DNA of 64,000 nt from Rhodospirillaceae bacterium (GCA_041906145.1 JAYRJU010000009.1:96879-160878); one strand, 5' to 3'; numbered from the stretch's first letter, positions 38,023 through 47,760 are shown. The notes: a model not told the origin generated them from the letters alone. Made by a program: numbers and translations.

Positions 38023-39587
38023 GATTACCGCTACTGAGCCTTCGGGCTCGGGTATTCGCGGTTCTTTTGCTGGTGGTCGCCGGGACCAACCTGGCAGCGC
38101 TATTCTTTTATTACGGCTTCCGTGACGAGTGGGCGGCGGTGGGGGCCGCCACGCAAGGCGCGGAGCAGATCATCGTCATCCGGCGCATGCTGGAGCGCGC
38201 CCCCACGCGCCAAGACCAGATCGAGCTGCTGCAGCGCCTGAACTCGCCGGTCATGCGAATGACCTTCAACACGCAGCCCCTCGTAAAGAACTCCGACCGC
38301 CAGTTGCCGTCGCGGATTTTCCTGCGCGCGCTCAGGCGTGAATTCCCCCGCGACGCCGAGATCCGCGCCGACAGCCTGTTCGACGACCGCGCCTTCGAGA
38401 ACCTGCCGTTCATGGAAGCCATGGACCAGGTGACGGACATGGATCCGCATTTTCCCCTGGGCGATCCCTCGCAAGGTCAGCAGTCGGTGGACTCGCATAC
38501 CATCCCGGAAGATTTTCCGCCGTCGCCCGCGGCCGGGGACGAGCGTCCGCGCGACAGCGGGGAGTTCTCACGGCGCGCCATCCATAGCCTGCGTTCGCTG
38601 GGCGGCACTCTTCCGGTGGCCGACGCGGTGATGTTCCGCGTTTCGGTGCGGCCGGTGAATTCCACGCGCTGGTTTAATGCGCGAGTGGTGCTCAATATCG
38701 CCGAGCCTCCGGGCCTGACGGCTTTTCCCTATTGGTTGGCGGCCGTTTCGGTGTTGCTGATGGGTGTCGCGCTGTGGGGCGTGTCGCGCGCCACCGCGCC
38801 GCTGCCTGTGTTCGCGGCCGCGGCGGAACGGCTAGGCGTGGATGTGAATGCGGAGCCCCTGAGCGAGAAGGGGCCGCCGGAGGTGCGTCGGGCGACGCGC
38901 GCCTTCAACACCATGCAGACGCGCGTGAAGCGCTACATCCAGGACCGCACACAGATGCTGGCGGCCATCAGCCACGATCTGCGCACGCCCATTACACGCT
39001 TACGCTTGCGCGCCGAGTTCGTCGAAGACGACCAGCAGCGCGAAAAGATGATGCACGACCTCAATGAAATGGAGGCGATGATCGCCGAGACGCTCGTGTT
39101 CGCACGCGACGATGCGGCGAACGAACCGGCCTCGCACATCGACGTGGCGGCAGTGGTGGCGTCCTTGTGCAGCGACCTCAGTTTCTCGGGCCGAGAGGTG
39201 GCATACACCGGACCCGATAGCCTAGAGTTCCTGACCCGTCCGCTGGCGTTCAAGCGCGCGATCACGAACCTGGTCGACAACGCGCTGAAATACGGCAAGA
39301 CCGCCCAGGTGACGATGGTGCCGACAACGGGCGAACTGCGCATCTATGTCGACGATATCGGCCCCGGCGTGCCGACGCATGAAATGGACCGCGTGTTCCA
39401 GCCGTTCGTGCGCCTGGAAAGCTCGCGCTCGCGCGAGACCGGCGGGGCGGGACTTGGTCTTACCATCGCGCGCAACGCTATCCGCAGCATGGGCGGCGAC
39501 GTGGAACTCACGAACCGCACCGAGGGCGGCCTGCGCGTGACCGTCAGCCTGCCCGTGGCGGGCGCCGAGGCGCACGGTACGGCGTAA
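38019..39587 (+). CDS. sensor histidine kinase (2 TM, periplasmic loop, HAMP, HisKA, HATPase_c), EnvZ-like partner
   Basis: ATGA start/stop overlap with the regulator gene. H-box ISHDLRTPITRL, N-box NLVDNALKYG, and G-boxes DDIGPGV and GGAGLGLTI. Confidence 0.9.
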   Translation: MRLPLLSLRARVFAVLLLVVAGTNLAALFFYYGFRDEWAAVGAATQGAEQIIVIRRMLERAPTRQDQIELLQRLNSPVMRMTFNTQPLVKNSDRQLPSRIFLRALRREFPRDAEIRADSLFDDRAFENLPFMEAMDQVTDMDPHFPLGDPSQGQQSVDSHTIPEDFPPSPAAGDERPRDSGEFSRRAIHSLRSLGGTLPVADAVMFRVSVRPVNSTRWFNARVVLNIAEPPGLTAFPYWLAAVSVLLMGVALWGVSRATAPLPVFAAAAERLGVDVNAEPLSEKGPPEVRRATRAFNTMQTRVKRYIQDRTQMLAAISHDLRTPITRLRLRAEFVEDDQQREKMMHDLNEMEAMIAETLVFARDDAANEPASHIDVAAVVASLCSDLSFSGREVAYTGPDSLEFLTRPLAFKRAITNLVDNALKYGKTAQVTMVPTTGELRIYVDDIGPGVPTHEMDRVFQPFVRLESSRSRETGGAGLGLTIARNAIRSMGGDVELTNRTEGGLRVTVSLPVAGAEAHGTA

Positions 39588-39641
39588 CTACCTCTTCCCC
39601 GCCGCCCGTCCTATGATGGCCGGCGTTCGAAAGGGAGAGAG

Positions 39642-40439
39642 ATGATCGGCCGTTTCATCGTTGGCGTTTTTATCAGCTGTGCCGTGAGCACTTCGGCTTT
39701 TGCATGGGGCGACGCCGGACATCGCATGGTGTGTCATGTAGCGTGGGACAGTTTGCAGGACAAGCAGCGCGGCGAAGTGAAGGAGCTGTTGGGCGCGGCG
39801 GGCGAGGCGGAATTTGCCGAGGCTTGCGCCTGGGCTATTCATCATCGGAACGAACACCCCGAAACCAAAGGCTGGCACGTGCTCTATGTGCCGAAGGACG
39901 CGCGCAAGGTCGATGCGACACGCGACTGCCCGGAGAAGACGAGCTGTTTGATTCGGGAGATTGACCGTAATCTCGCGATCTTAAAAAGCGGCGCGCCGCG
40001 TGAAGAGCGAGCGACGGCGCTGAAGTTCCTGGCACATTTTGTCGGCGACATCCATGAGCCGCTCCGCGTCGGTTTCGCCGAAGATCGCGGCGGCGAGGGC
40101 ATTCCCGCGACGTTCGTGGGCAAGGCGACGACCATGGGTGCGATGTGGGACGAGGGCATCTTGGCCACCGATCCGCAGGCGCTGGAATCGCTGCGCGCAA
40201 CTTATCAGGCCTATACCCCGCTCGACCGGTTGTATGTGGAATGGATCGAGACGCCGCCCGCGGAGTGGGCCACCGAGAGCTTGTGGATCATGCGCACGCC
40301 CGCGACGGGTTACGTCGGCAACCCCGGCGGGCTTGTGTTCGATGAGATTTATCTCAAGCAAAACATGCCGGTCGCGCTGGATCGAGTGGCGAAGGCGGGG
40401 ATGCGCCTTGGGCACGTCTTGAACGAAGCGTTGAGATAA
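39642..40439 (+). CDS. secreted S1/P1-type nuclease
   Basis: Signal peptide, then WGDAGHRMVCHVAW and HFVGDIHEPLR, the zinc-ligand motifs of the S1/P1 family. Confidence 0.8.
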   Translation: MIGRFIVGVFISCAVSTSAFAWGDAGHRMVCHVAWDSLQDKQRGEVKELLGAAGEAEFAEACAWAIHHRNEHPETKGWHVLYVPKDARKVDATRDCPEKTSCLIREIDRNLAILKSGAPREERATALKFLAHFVGDIHEPLRVGFAEDRGGEGIPATFVGKATTMGAMWDEGILATDPQALESLRATYQAYTPLDRLYVEWIETPPAEWATESLWIMRTPATGYVGNPGGLVFDEIYLKQNMPVALDRVAKAGMRLGHVLNEALR

Positions 40440-40446
40440 CGGGCCT

Positions 40447-41172
40447 ATGTGCGGACGGGCGCGCCTTCCTCAAGACTATTCGGAGATCCGGCGTCAGATT
40501 AAGTTCAGCACGAGCAAGCCGGCGCCGAACCTGCTGCCGACGTGGAACCTTGCGCCGACGCAAGACATTCTGTGCTGCATGCGCGACCCCGCGACCGGCG
40601 AGCGAACGCCTGTGAAAATGTGCTGGGGCTTGATCCCTGGTTGGTCGAAGGAGGCGAAGATGAGATTCGCGACCTTCAATGCGCGGGCCGAGACGCTGGA
40701 AACCACCACCAGCTTTCGCGATGCCTGGAAGAAGGGCCGCCGCTGTCTTGTCATCACCGACGGCTTCTACGAATGGCGCAAAGGCGACAAGAAGCCGTAT
40801 GCCATCGCCTGCGTGAACGACCGGCTGACGGTGATGGCCGGCCTATGGGATCAGTGGAAAGGACCGACCGGTGAGGTGGTGTTGTCGTGCACGATCATCA
40901 CGACGGAGTCTAATGAACTCATGCGTCCCCTCCACGACCGGATGCCAGTGATTCTTGATGAGAAGGATTGGCCCGCGTGGCTAGGGGAGGTCGATGTCAG
41001 CCTCGAGGAGTTGAAGACGCTCCTGCGCCCCTTCCCTTCGGAAGAGATGCACCTATGGCGGGTGGACGAGCGCGTCGGGAATGTCCGCAACGACGACGCG
41101 GCGCTTGTGACGCCCATCGCCGAACACGTTCCCGCCGCAGCCGCTCCGCCGACCCAAGGATCTCTGTTCTAA
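40447..41172 (+). CDS. SOS response-associated peptidase (SRAP/YedK family, abasic-site crosslinking)
   Basis: N-terminal MCGR (catalytic Cys2), NLAPTQ, ITDGFYEW and HDRMPVIL motifs. Confidence 0.88.
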   Translation: MCGRARLPQDYSEIRRQIKFSTSKPAPNLLPTWNLAPTQDILCCMRDPATGERTPVKMCWGLIPGWSKEAKMRFATFNARAETLETTTSFRDAWKKGRRCLVITDGFYEWRKGDKKPYAIACVNDRLTVMAGLWDQWKGPTGEVVLSCTIITTESNELMRPLHDRMPVILDEKDWPAWLGEVDVSLEELKTLLRPFPSEEMHLWRVDERVGNVRNDDAALVTPIAEHVPAAAAPPTQGSLF

Positions 41173-41855
41173 GCGCCCTTGCCGCCGTGGGCGACGGACC
41201 AGCCGACCGGGTCCTTAAGAAATTCTTTCACACCCGCGATGGCTTGCGGCGAGAAGTATTTGCCTTCCTCGGCCACGGCGATGACGTCGCGCCACGTCGC
41301 CAGGTAGTGAAGCGTGATACCTTCGTTGGCGAGCATTTCAATCGCGCCCGGGAAGGCGCCGTAGAAGAACACGACCAAACAGTGGTCGCACTTCGCGCCC
41401 GCGTCGCGCAGGGCCTTCACGAAGCCGATCTTTGAATCGCCGCTGCTGGCGAGATCTTCCACCAGGATAACGTTCTGGCCTTCGTGCAGTTCGCCTTCGA
41501 TCTGCGCCATGCGGCCGAAGCCTTTCGGCTTCTTGCGTACGTACTGCATCGGAAGGCCCATGGCGTCCGAGATCCAGGCCGCGTAGGGGATGCCGGCGGT
41601 CTCGCCGCCCGCGACGGTGTCGATCTTCCCGGGGCCGATGGCCTCATTGAGTTCTTCCTTCGCGAGACGCGTAATGGTCTGGCGCGCTTCGACGAAGGAG
41701 ATGACCTTGCGGCAGTCGATGTAGACCGGGCTGGCCCAGCCGGCCGTGAGTTTGTAGGGCTCCTCGGGGCGGAAATTCACGGCTTTGATGTCGAGCAGGA
41801 ATTTGGCGACGATCTTTCCGGCGGCGTCCTGACGGGCATTGCGCGTGACGGTCAT
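41169..41855 (-). CDS. pyrE: orotate phosphoribosyltransferase
   Basis: PRPP-binding loop VILVEDLASSGDS and GGETAGIPYA. ATG 41855 has AGGAGAAGCA upstream; the maximal ORF extends to 41909. Confidence 0.9.
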   Translation of the reverse strand: MTVTRNARQDAAGKIVAKFLLDIKAVNFRPEEPYKLTAGWASPVYIDCRKVISFVEARQTITRLAKEELNEAIGPGKIDTVAGGETAGIPYAAWISDAMGLPMQYVRKKPKGFGRMAQIEGELHEGQNVILVEDLASSGDSKIGFVKALRDAGAKCDHCLVVFFYGAFPGAIEMLANEGITLHYLATWRDVIAVAEEGKYFSPQAIAGVKEFLKDPVGWSVAHGGKGA

Positions 41856-41972
41856 TGCTTCTCCTATTTCCCCTGGGTTCCCGAGATTTTCGAGCTTATT
41901 TAGCGACAATGCAGGAACGGTACAACGCCCGGCAATCTGCTATAGAAAACCCAACGGATTTCGGGATTTTTG

Positions 41973-42959
41973 ATGCACGGCCAACCACTGATCTGGGTTC
42001 TGACCGACGACCGCGCGGGCAATGTGGCCCAGGCGGTTGGCGTGGCCGAAGCCCTGGGTCGGGACTTCAAGACCGTCCCCATCCGCTACAATCCGCTGGC
42101 GCGCCTTCCGAACGCGCTGACCGGAGCGAGCCTGATCGGCCTCGCGCCGGAAACTCGCATGACTTTTGGTCCCCCCTGGCCCGACGTCGTGATCGCGGCC
42201 GGACGCCGGACGGGTCCCATCGCGCGCTGGATAAAGAAACATGCGGGGAAACCGGTGATCCTGACGCAGATCATGAACCCAGGACGCCGCGGCGCCGAGG
42301 ACTTCGACCTGATCGCCGTGCCCCGGCATGACTGCGAGCTTCCCACCGGCGATGCGCCTAACGTGATGCGCATTACCGGCGCGCCGCACCGTTTGACCAC
42401 GGAACGCCTTGCCAGCGCCGCCGATACCTGGCGCGGGCGGATCAAAGCTATACCGAAGCCGCGCATCGCGTTGATCGTGGGCGGCGCGACCCACCGCAAG
42501 CCGTTCCCGGCGGACCTTGCCCGGACGCTGGCCGCGGACGTCTCAAAGCTCGCCGAGAAACAGGGTGGAGCTGTTCTGCTCGCAAGTTCGCGGCGGACCG
42601 GATTGGACGCCGAACAGGCCATGGAAGCGGCCGTTAACGTGCCGCATCATGCGTTCTTCTGGAGTGCAGGTGGGGACAATCCATATTTCGGCTATCTCGC
42701 GCTGGCGGACGCCGTCGTCGTCACCGGCGATTCCGTGTCCATGTGCTCGGAAGCCTGCGCGACCTCGGCGCCGGTCTATATCTATTCGCCCGATGGAATG
42801 GTAGCGCCGAAGCACGCGCGCCTGCACCGGCATCTTTACGATGCGGGCTTCGCCCGGCCCTTCAATGGGCAATTCGAGCGCTGGTCGCATCCACCCTTGA
42901 ACGCGGCTGGGGAAGTAGCGCAAAAGATCGACAATCTCATTCGCCGCCGTTTTGGATAA
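41973..42959 (+). CDS. ELM1-family (DUF1022) protein
   Basis: IWVLTDDRAGNVAQAVGVAEALG N-terminus, SRRT and GDSVSM motifs, as I recall for the mitochondrial fission ELM1 family in alphaproteobacteria. Confidence 0.7.
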   Translation: MHGQPLIWVLTDDRAGNVAQAVGVAEALGRDFKTVPIRYNPLARLPNALTGASLIGLAPETRMTFGPPWPDVVIAAGRRTGPIARWIKKHAGKPVILTQIMNPGRRGAEDFDLIAVPRHDCELPTGDAPNVMRITGAPHRLTTERLASAADTWRGRIKAIPKPRIALIVGGATHRKPFPADLARTLAADVSKLAEKQGGAVLLASSRRTGLDAEQAMEAAVNVPHHAFFWSAGGDNPYFGYLALADAVVVTGDSVSMCSEACATSAPVYIYSPDGMVAPKHARLHRHLYDAGFARPFNGQFERWSHPPLNAAGEVAQKIDNLIRRRFG

Positions 42960-42965
42960 CAGCCC

Positions 42966-43745
42966 ATGCCGCGTTTCGCCGCCAATATCTCGCTTCTGTT
43001 CACCGAGCTTCCGTTCGTGGAGCGGATCAAAGCCGCCGCCGACGCCGGCTTCAAGGCGGTCGAGTGCCAACTGCCTTACCACGTCGACGCGATCGACATC
43101 GCCGACGCCTGCGGTATGGCCGGCGTGCCGCTTGTGCTGATCAACGCGCCCCCGGGCAACTGGGAGGCGGGTGAGCGCGGTCTCGCGGCCTTGCCGGGCC
43201 GTGAAGACGAGTTCCGTGACACCATCGATATCGCGCTTGCATTCGCCGAGACGGCGGAGTGCCCGCGTATCCACGTGATGGCGGGCTGCATTTCGCAGGA
43301 CGAAGACGGCGCCATGGAGACGTACGAAAAGAACATCGTGTACGCCTGCGAACGGGCGCGCAAAGAGGATGTGGAGATCGTGCTCGAGAACGTGGTGATC
43401 CCGGACTATTTCCTGGTGTTCCCGGATCAGGTCGCCGACATAGTGCGCCGCCTCGAACAGAAGAATTTAAAAGTGCTGTTCGACGCCTATCATGCTCAAC
43501 GCGCACAGGGGAACCTCGCCGACTTCCTGGAGCATAATCTCGATATCATCGGGCATGTGCAGGTCGCCGGCGTGCCGGGCCGTCACGAGCCGGACAAGTT
43601 CAACGAAGTGAACTGGCGGTTCATCTTCGATTTCCTCGACGGCCAGGGCTACGACGGATGGGTCGGCATGGAATACAACCCGCGCGGCGAGACGCTGCGG
43701 GGACTGTCGTGGGCGAAAGAGTGGGGTTTGGGGCCGAAGGCCTAA
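42966..43745 (+). CDS. hydroxypyruvate isomerase-family TIM-barrel protein
   Basis: MPRFAANISLLFTELPFVERIKAAADAGFKAVE, and GHVQVAGVPGRHEPD, typical of Hyi/OtnI-like isomerases. Confidence 0.85.
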   Translation: MPRFAANISLLFTELPFVERIKAAADAGFKAVECQLPYHVDAIDIADACGMAGVPLVLINAPPGNWEAGERGLAALPGREDEFRDTIDIALAFAETAECPRIHVMAGCISQDEDGAMETYEKNIVYACERARKEDVEIVLENVVIPDYFLVFPDQVADIVRRLEQKNLKVLFDAYHAQRAQGNLADFLEHNLDIIGHVQVAGVPGRHEPDKFNEVNWRFIFDFLDGQGYDGWVGMEYNPRGETLRGLSWAKEWGLGPKA

Positions 43746-44977
43746 GCCACTTTCTGCCGCAGCATGTGGTCGATGGCGAAACCTTGGAAGGTTTCGACGC
43801 CGAGTTCGGCTCCGACCGCGATGGCCTTCGCGCTGTCGACGCGGATGAGGATCGGCTGGATGCCGCAGCTCTTCATGTAATTGAAGGTCTTGCCGCGCTC
43901 GCGCAGGAGGTCTTCCGCACCGGTGCGCCAATGTACCTTAGCGTACTTGGCGCCGATGTAATCGAGATCCACGAGACCAAGGGTCTGCGGGAAGATTTTG
44001 TCGACGCCGATATTGGCGCCCATGGCCTTGATCATGCCGCGCGCGACTTCAAATTCGTCGAAATGCTCGACGATGTCGGCCTGGCGGAATTCAAACACCA
44101 TGCGGGACAGGACGTCTTTCGCCGTCTGGTCCATGAAATCGGCGAAGGCCGCCGTGAATGTGGTGACCACGTTCACATTGAGCGAGAAGGGCATCGCAGT
44201 GACCTCGCTCATGTGCTGGAACGAACGCAGCACGATCTGATCGAGGACGCGGGTGAACTCGTTGAACAGCGGGCCCGAGGCGCGCATTTCGACGTCGATG
44301 AATAGCGGCTTGCGCAGCGCATCCATGCTGACGAAATACTCGTGCATCGTCGGCACCGGCATGAAGCCCGGTTTCGCATGCGCGACCATCTGGTCGCGCA
44401 TGAAGGCTTTCAGGAATTTGTCCGCGCCGAAGCGCTTGAAGGCCTGAAGGATGTTATCGAGATCCTCGGGCGAGAGCGGGCGCAGTTCGTGCTTCTTGGC
44501 CTCCGGATCTGCAGCCTTCTGGGCATCGGCGGTATAGCGGGCGATGCGCTCGGCGGCGCCGCGGAAATTCTGTTCGAGATCGTAAATCAGCGCGAAGCGC
44601 GCTTGATTGATGTTGCCGAAATTCTCGGGGCAGTGTTTCTCGACCGCGCGCAACATGGCGACTTTGATGTCGCGCAGAAGTTCAAGGCTGTGCGCACCAG
44701 GCGAATGGGCGAGCAACGCGTATTCGGTCGGCGCGACTTTGTAGACCTTCGCGCCGTAACGCGCGGCGACATAACACAGGCCGGTGACGAGCGTGGTCGT
44801 CATCTCGGCGGTCTGCTTGGCGACCGGAACCGCGCCGTTGGCGTCCACGATGAAAAGTTGTGTGCCGGTGACGGGCTTGTGACGCCACTCGGACATATCC
44901 TCGACCAGCGCACGCAAATCCTGCGGCGGGTGAAGCGTCACTCGCGGAATCGGAACGACTCTGTCCTGTACCGTCAC
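43742..44977 (-). CDS. hypothetical protein with degenerate EAL-like C-terminal half
   Basis: GTG start with GGGGAG upstream. The C-terminal 220 aa aligns by eye to the EAL-domain landmarks with substitutions. See the finding for 43742..44977. Confidence 0.6.
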   Translation of the reverse strand: MTVQDRVVPIPRVTLHPPQDLRALVEDMSEWRHKPVTGTQLFIVDANGAVPVAKQTAEMTTTLVTGLCYVAARYGAKVYKVAPTEYALLAHSPGAHSLELLRDIKVAMLRAVEKHCPENFGNINQARFALIYDLEQNFRGAAERIARYTADAQKAADPEAKKHELRPLSPEDLDNILQAFKRFGADKFLKAFMRDQMVAHAKPGFMPVPTMHEYFVSMDALRKPLFIDVEMRASGPLFNEFTRVLDQIVLRSFQHMSEVTAMPFSLNVNVVTTFTAAFADFMDQTAKDVLSRMVFEFRQADIVEHFDEFEVARGMIKAMGANIGVDKIFPQTLGLVDLDYIGAKYAKVHWRTGAEDLLRERGKTFNYMKSCGIQPILIRVDSAKAIAVGAELGVETFQGFAIDHMLRQKVA

Positions 44978-45220
44978 GTAAGCAACTCCCCAGACGCGGG
45001 TCTTGCGCCCGCGTTTCCAACCCGGACAGCTCTAGGACCAGGAGAGCAAAAACGCCACGTGGTTTCTCTGACTTGCAATAATTCGATACAAAACCACCGG
45101 GTTCCTCTACCTATCGTCGGATAGCTGGGGCGCCGCTCTATCCGTGGTTCGTCAGGAAATATTCGAGCCGAATTGATTCTCGGCGCAAATTGTACAGACA
45201 AAGCGTGGAGTCGCTCGGCC

Positions 45221-45700
45221 TTAGGCCGAAGCCGCTTTCGGCAAACCGGGCACGACGGTAACGGGGATCCCGATCTTGCCGGCATATTTTCCCGTCACCG
45301 CTTCGACCAGCGGGCCCGGTTTTCTTCCGGGCGCGGCGGAGAGGATGAGAATCGAAAGCTCGGGATGTTCCTTCACGAGCTTGAACAACTCGGCGCGGCG
45401 CGCGCCCTGACGCACATACGTGTCGGGCGTGCGGCCGGTTTCCTGAACGATGCGAAGCGCGTGGAGGCGGACAACGTCCTCGGCTTCACGGCGCGCTTCC
45501 TGATCGGCAAGTTCAGACACGAACTTGAAGTGATGAAATTCGTGATCGACTTGATAGACGTAGAGTAATGCGACGCGCCCTCCGGTCTTGCGGGCGCGTT
45601 CGCACGCATAGTCGATGGCCGCGGGCAGCTCCGGAGAATCATCGACCACCACCAGGAAGAGGCGGTGATCTTCGGGCTTGCGCGGCGCGGGGACGTTCAC
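45221..45700 (-). CDS. universal stress protein family
   Basis: FLVVVDDSPE...ALLYV N-terminus and the C-terminal G..G(9)G(S/T)-like region AAPGRKPGPLVEAVTGKYAGKIGIPVTVVP. The GTG start has GAGGAAGG upstream. Confidence 0.75.
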   Translation of the reverse strand: MNVPAPRKPEDHRLFLVVVDDSPELPAAIDYACERARKTGGRVALLYVYQVDHEFHHFKFVSELADQEARREAEDVVRLHALRIVQETGRTPDTYVRQGARRAELFKLVKEHPELSILILSAAPGRKPGPLVEAVTGKYAGKIGIPVTVVPGLPKAASA

Positions 45701-45703
45701 CGT

Positions 45704-46039
45704 CTAGCCTTCCTCGACCTCGTAACCGGACTGAAGCCAGCCGAGGATTCCGCCTTGCAGGCGCGTGATATGCCCCTGAAAGCCTCCGGCGAGGGCTTTC
45801 TGCGCGGCCATTCCGCAGCGGACGCCGCTCTTGCAATGGAAGACCAGGTGTTTTCCGCCGGCGTTCGGAATTTGCGTGGGATCGAAGGTCGACAGCGGCA
45901 TCAGGATGGCGCCCGGGATGTGGACCTGATCCCATTCGTTCTGCTCGCGCACGTCAATAATCACGGCATCATCGGCCGCGCGCCACGCGGCGACGTCGGC
46001 GGGGCTGGCAAAGGTAACCTGACCTTCCGGTGTGGACAT
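45704..46039 (-). CDS. single-domain rhodanese-like sulfurtransferase
   Basis: Active-site loop FHCKSGVRC. I chose the start at ATG 46039 (MSTPEGQVTF) with GGAG upstream. The maximal ORF to 46120 would overlap the divergent regulator gene. Confidence 0.8.
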   Translation of the reverse strand: MSTPEGQVTFASPADVAAWRAADDAVIIDVREQNEWDQVHIPGAILMPLSTFDPTQIPNAGGKHLVFHCKSGVRCGMAAQKALAGGFQGHITRLQGGILGWLQSGYEVEEG

Positions 46040-46097
46040 CTGAAACTCCAAAACGATACCCAAAGACTGTATAGTCCACCGGGCAAGGATAAAAGTG

Positions 46098-46475
46098 ATG
46101 AAAGCCAAGGTCACAGCCAAGACAGCACACCGGGTTGGACCACGATTGCGCGTCTATCTCGGAATCGCGGATCACCTCGGACCGGGAAAGGCTGATCTCT
46201 TGACTGGTATCGACGAGACCGGTTCCATCGTGGCGGCGGGCAAGCGCATGAATATGAGCTACCGCCGCGCGTGGCTCCTGGTGGACGCGATGAACAAGAT
46301 GTTCAGATTGCCCTTGGTCACGAAAAGCAAAGGCGGGAAGGGTGGCGGTGGTGGTGCGGAACTCACCGCACTCGGCCGCGAAGTCCTCACGCGATTCCGC
46401 AGAATGGAAAAAAAGACCGCGAAGGCGATCGCCAGCGATCTCACGGCACTGCGCAAAGTCATCAGCGCACGCTAG
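46098..46475 (+). CDS. ModE-N-terminal-like winged-helix regulator
   Basis: GPGKADLLTGIDETGSIVAAGKRMNMSYRRAWLLVDAMN is the LysR/ModE-type HTH. About 125 aa, with no effector domain. Confidence 0.7.
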   Translation: MKAKVTAKTAHRVGPRLRVYLGIADHLGPGKADLLTGIDETGSIVAAGKRMNMSYRRAWLLVDAMNKMFRLPLVTKSKGGKGGGGGAELTALGREVLTRFRRMEKKTAKAIASDLTALRKVISAR

Positions 46476-46640
46476 GGTCCCTTCAAGCGCGAGATTGATC
46501 TCGCGCGTGTCCCTGGAAATGCAGACAACATGCCAGGACGCGTTGGCCATCGCGGTCTTGGGCCTTTGCCGGCGTTGCGGCGCCGAACAGAACTAAACTG
46601 GCGGCGCCAATACGTCGTCTCATGAGGACCATCTTACGCT

Positions 46641-47711
46641 TTAGCTTCGCTTAAGGGCGAGCTTAAGACCGCTCCAGACCCCGCCGGCTTCGTGATACCG
46701 GATGCCCCAAATACTCCCAGCTACCATACCCATAGTTGCGATAAGGGATGTAAGGGAAAGGGTGGAGACCCCGGAGAGGCCCTGGCCGAAGGTGCAGCCC
46801 ATCGCGAGCGTACCCCCGCTGCCCATAAGAACGCCGCCGATCAGGCTGCGTATGAAGTCCTCGCGGACCATAAAGGTATCAAAGGCTAGGTTGCGGGTGA
46901 GAAGGCCGGCGATGAAGGCGCCGAGCGGGACGCCAAGGGTCAGCATGAGCGGAAACAGCGCGGGGCCGCGGCCACCGAAAGCGAGCACGGCTTCGCCGAG
47001 GGGCGGGACAAAATTGATGGCGGTGAAGGCGCTTGCGCCGCTTTTTTCAAACAGCCCGCCGGCCACGAACCAAGCGGCGGCGATCATTAAGCCGATGATC
47101 AAACCGCCGACGAGGTGATCGCGCGAGGCGCGGAACCAGGAATCTTTCAGCGCGAACCACAAGGCGCCGCCGCCGAACACGGCGACAATGATCCACCGCA
47201 CCGTTTCAGCGCCGATGAATGGCAGGTTGCCGAATATCCGATGCACCCCGCCAGGCCCGAACGTGCCGAGCACGGCGGTGCGGTTCAGCACATCTTGAAG
47301 TGGTGCGAGCCAGTTCATGGTCGCCGCCGCGCTGAGGGCGATGGCGAGGATGATGGCGAGGGACTTGAGCGAACCGGCGCCAACGCGTGCGAGAGCGCGG
47401 CTGATGCAGCCGCCGCCAAGGGCCATGCCGAAGCCGAACAAGAGGCCGCCGAGAAGGGCGGGGAGCCAGAGGATGTAGGGCGCCAAGCTCTCGGCCCGAT
47501 CCAACGGCACGAGGCCTGCGGCGTCCAGGGCGTGCGTGCCGACGATGGCGACGCCGGCCGCCAGCACCCAAGCGCGGAATCGGCGCCAGTCCTTAGCGAA
47601 GAGGATATCGGCGATGCCGCCGAGGGCGCAGAAGTTGGTCAGAAGCACGGCGGCGCCGATGACTCCGCCGATGGCCAAGCCCGCCAGGATCGCTCCTCCC
47701 ATCTCAAACAT
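46641..47711 (-). CDS. YeeE/YedE-family inner-membrane sulfur (thiosulfate) transporter-like protein
   Basis: Polytopic protein with the conserved Cys motifs FCALGG, GGGCISR and AMGCTFGQG. Confidence 0.82.
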   Translation of the reverse strand: MFEMGGAILAGLAIGGVIGAAVLLTNFCALGGIADILFAKDWRRFRAWVLAAGVAIVGTHALDAAGLVPLDRAESLAPYILWLPALLGGLLFGFGMALGGGCISRALARVGAGSLKSLAIILAIALSAAATMNWLAPLQDVLNRTAVLGTFGPGGVHRIFGNLPFIGAETVRWIIVAVFGGGALWFALKDSWFRASRDHLVGGLIIGLMIAAAWFVAGGLFEKSGASAFTAINFVPPLGEAVLAFGGRGPALFPLMLTLGVPLGAFIAGLLTRNLAFDTFMVREDFIRSLIGGVLMGSGGTLAMGCTFGQGLSGVSTLSLTSLIATMGMVAGSIWGIRYHEAGGVWSGLKLALKRS

Positions 47712-47760
47712 GCTTCTTCGCTTCCGCCGCCATGGCCCCGCACACTACAGTGCGGGCCTC

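Noticed and set aside
40400-40446. An alphaproteobacterial LexA box (GTTC-N7-GTTC) upstream of the SRAP gene.
   Set aside because: Only GAACGAAGCGTTGAG is present, with no proper direct repeat. The spacer to the upstream nuclease gene is just 7 nt, so an own promoter is unlikely.
46483-46623. A 46-aa minus-strand ORF directly after yeeE (MRRRIGAASLVLFGAATPAKAQDRDGQRVLACCLHFQGHARDQSRA) with a signal-peptide-like start and a CC..H..H segment.
   Set aside because: Many codons end in A/T, unlike the surrounding genes, and the SD is weak. Its 3' end runs through the GCGCGAGAT/ATCTCGCGC palindrome. It is kept only as a very low-probability small-peptide candidate, testable by ribosome profiling.
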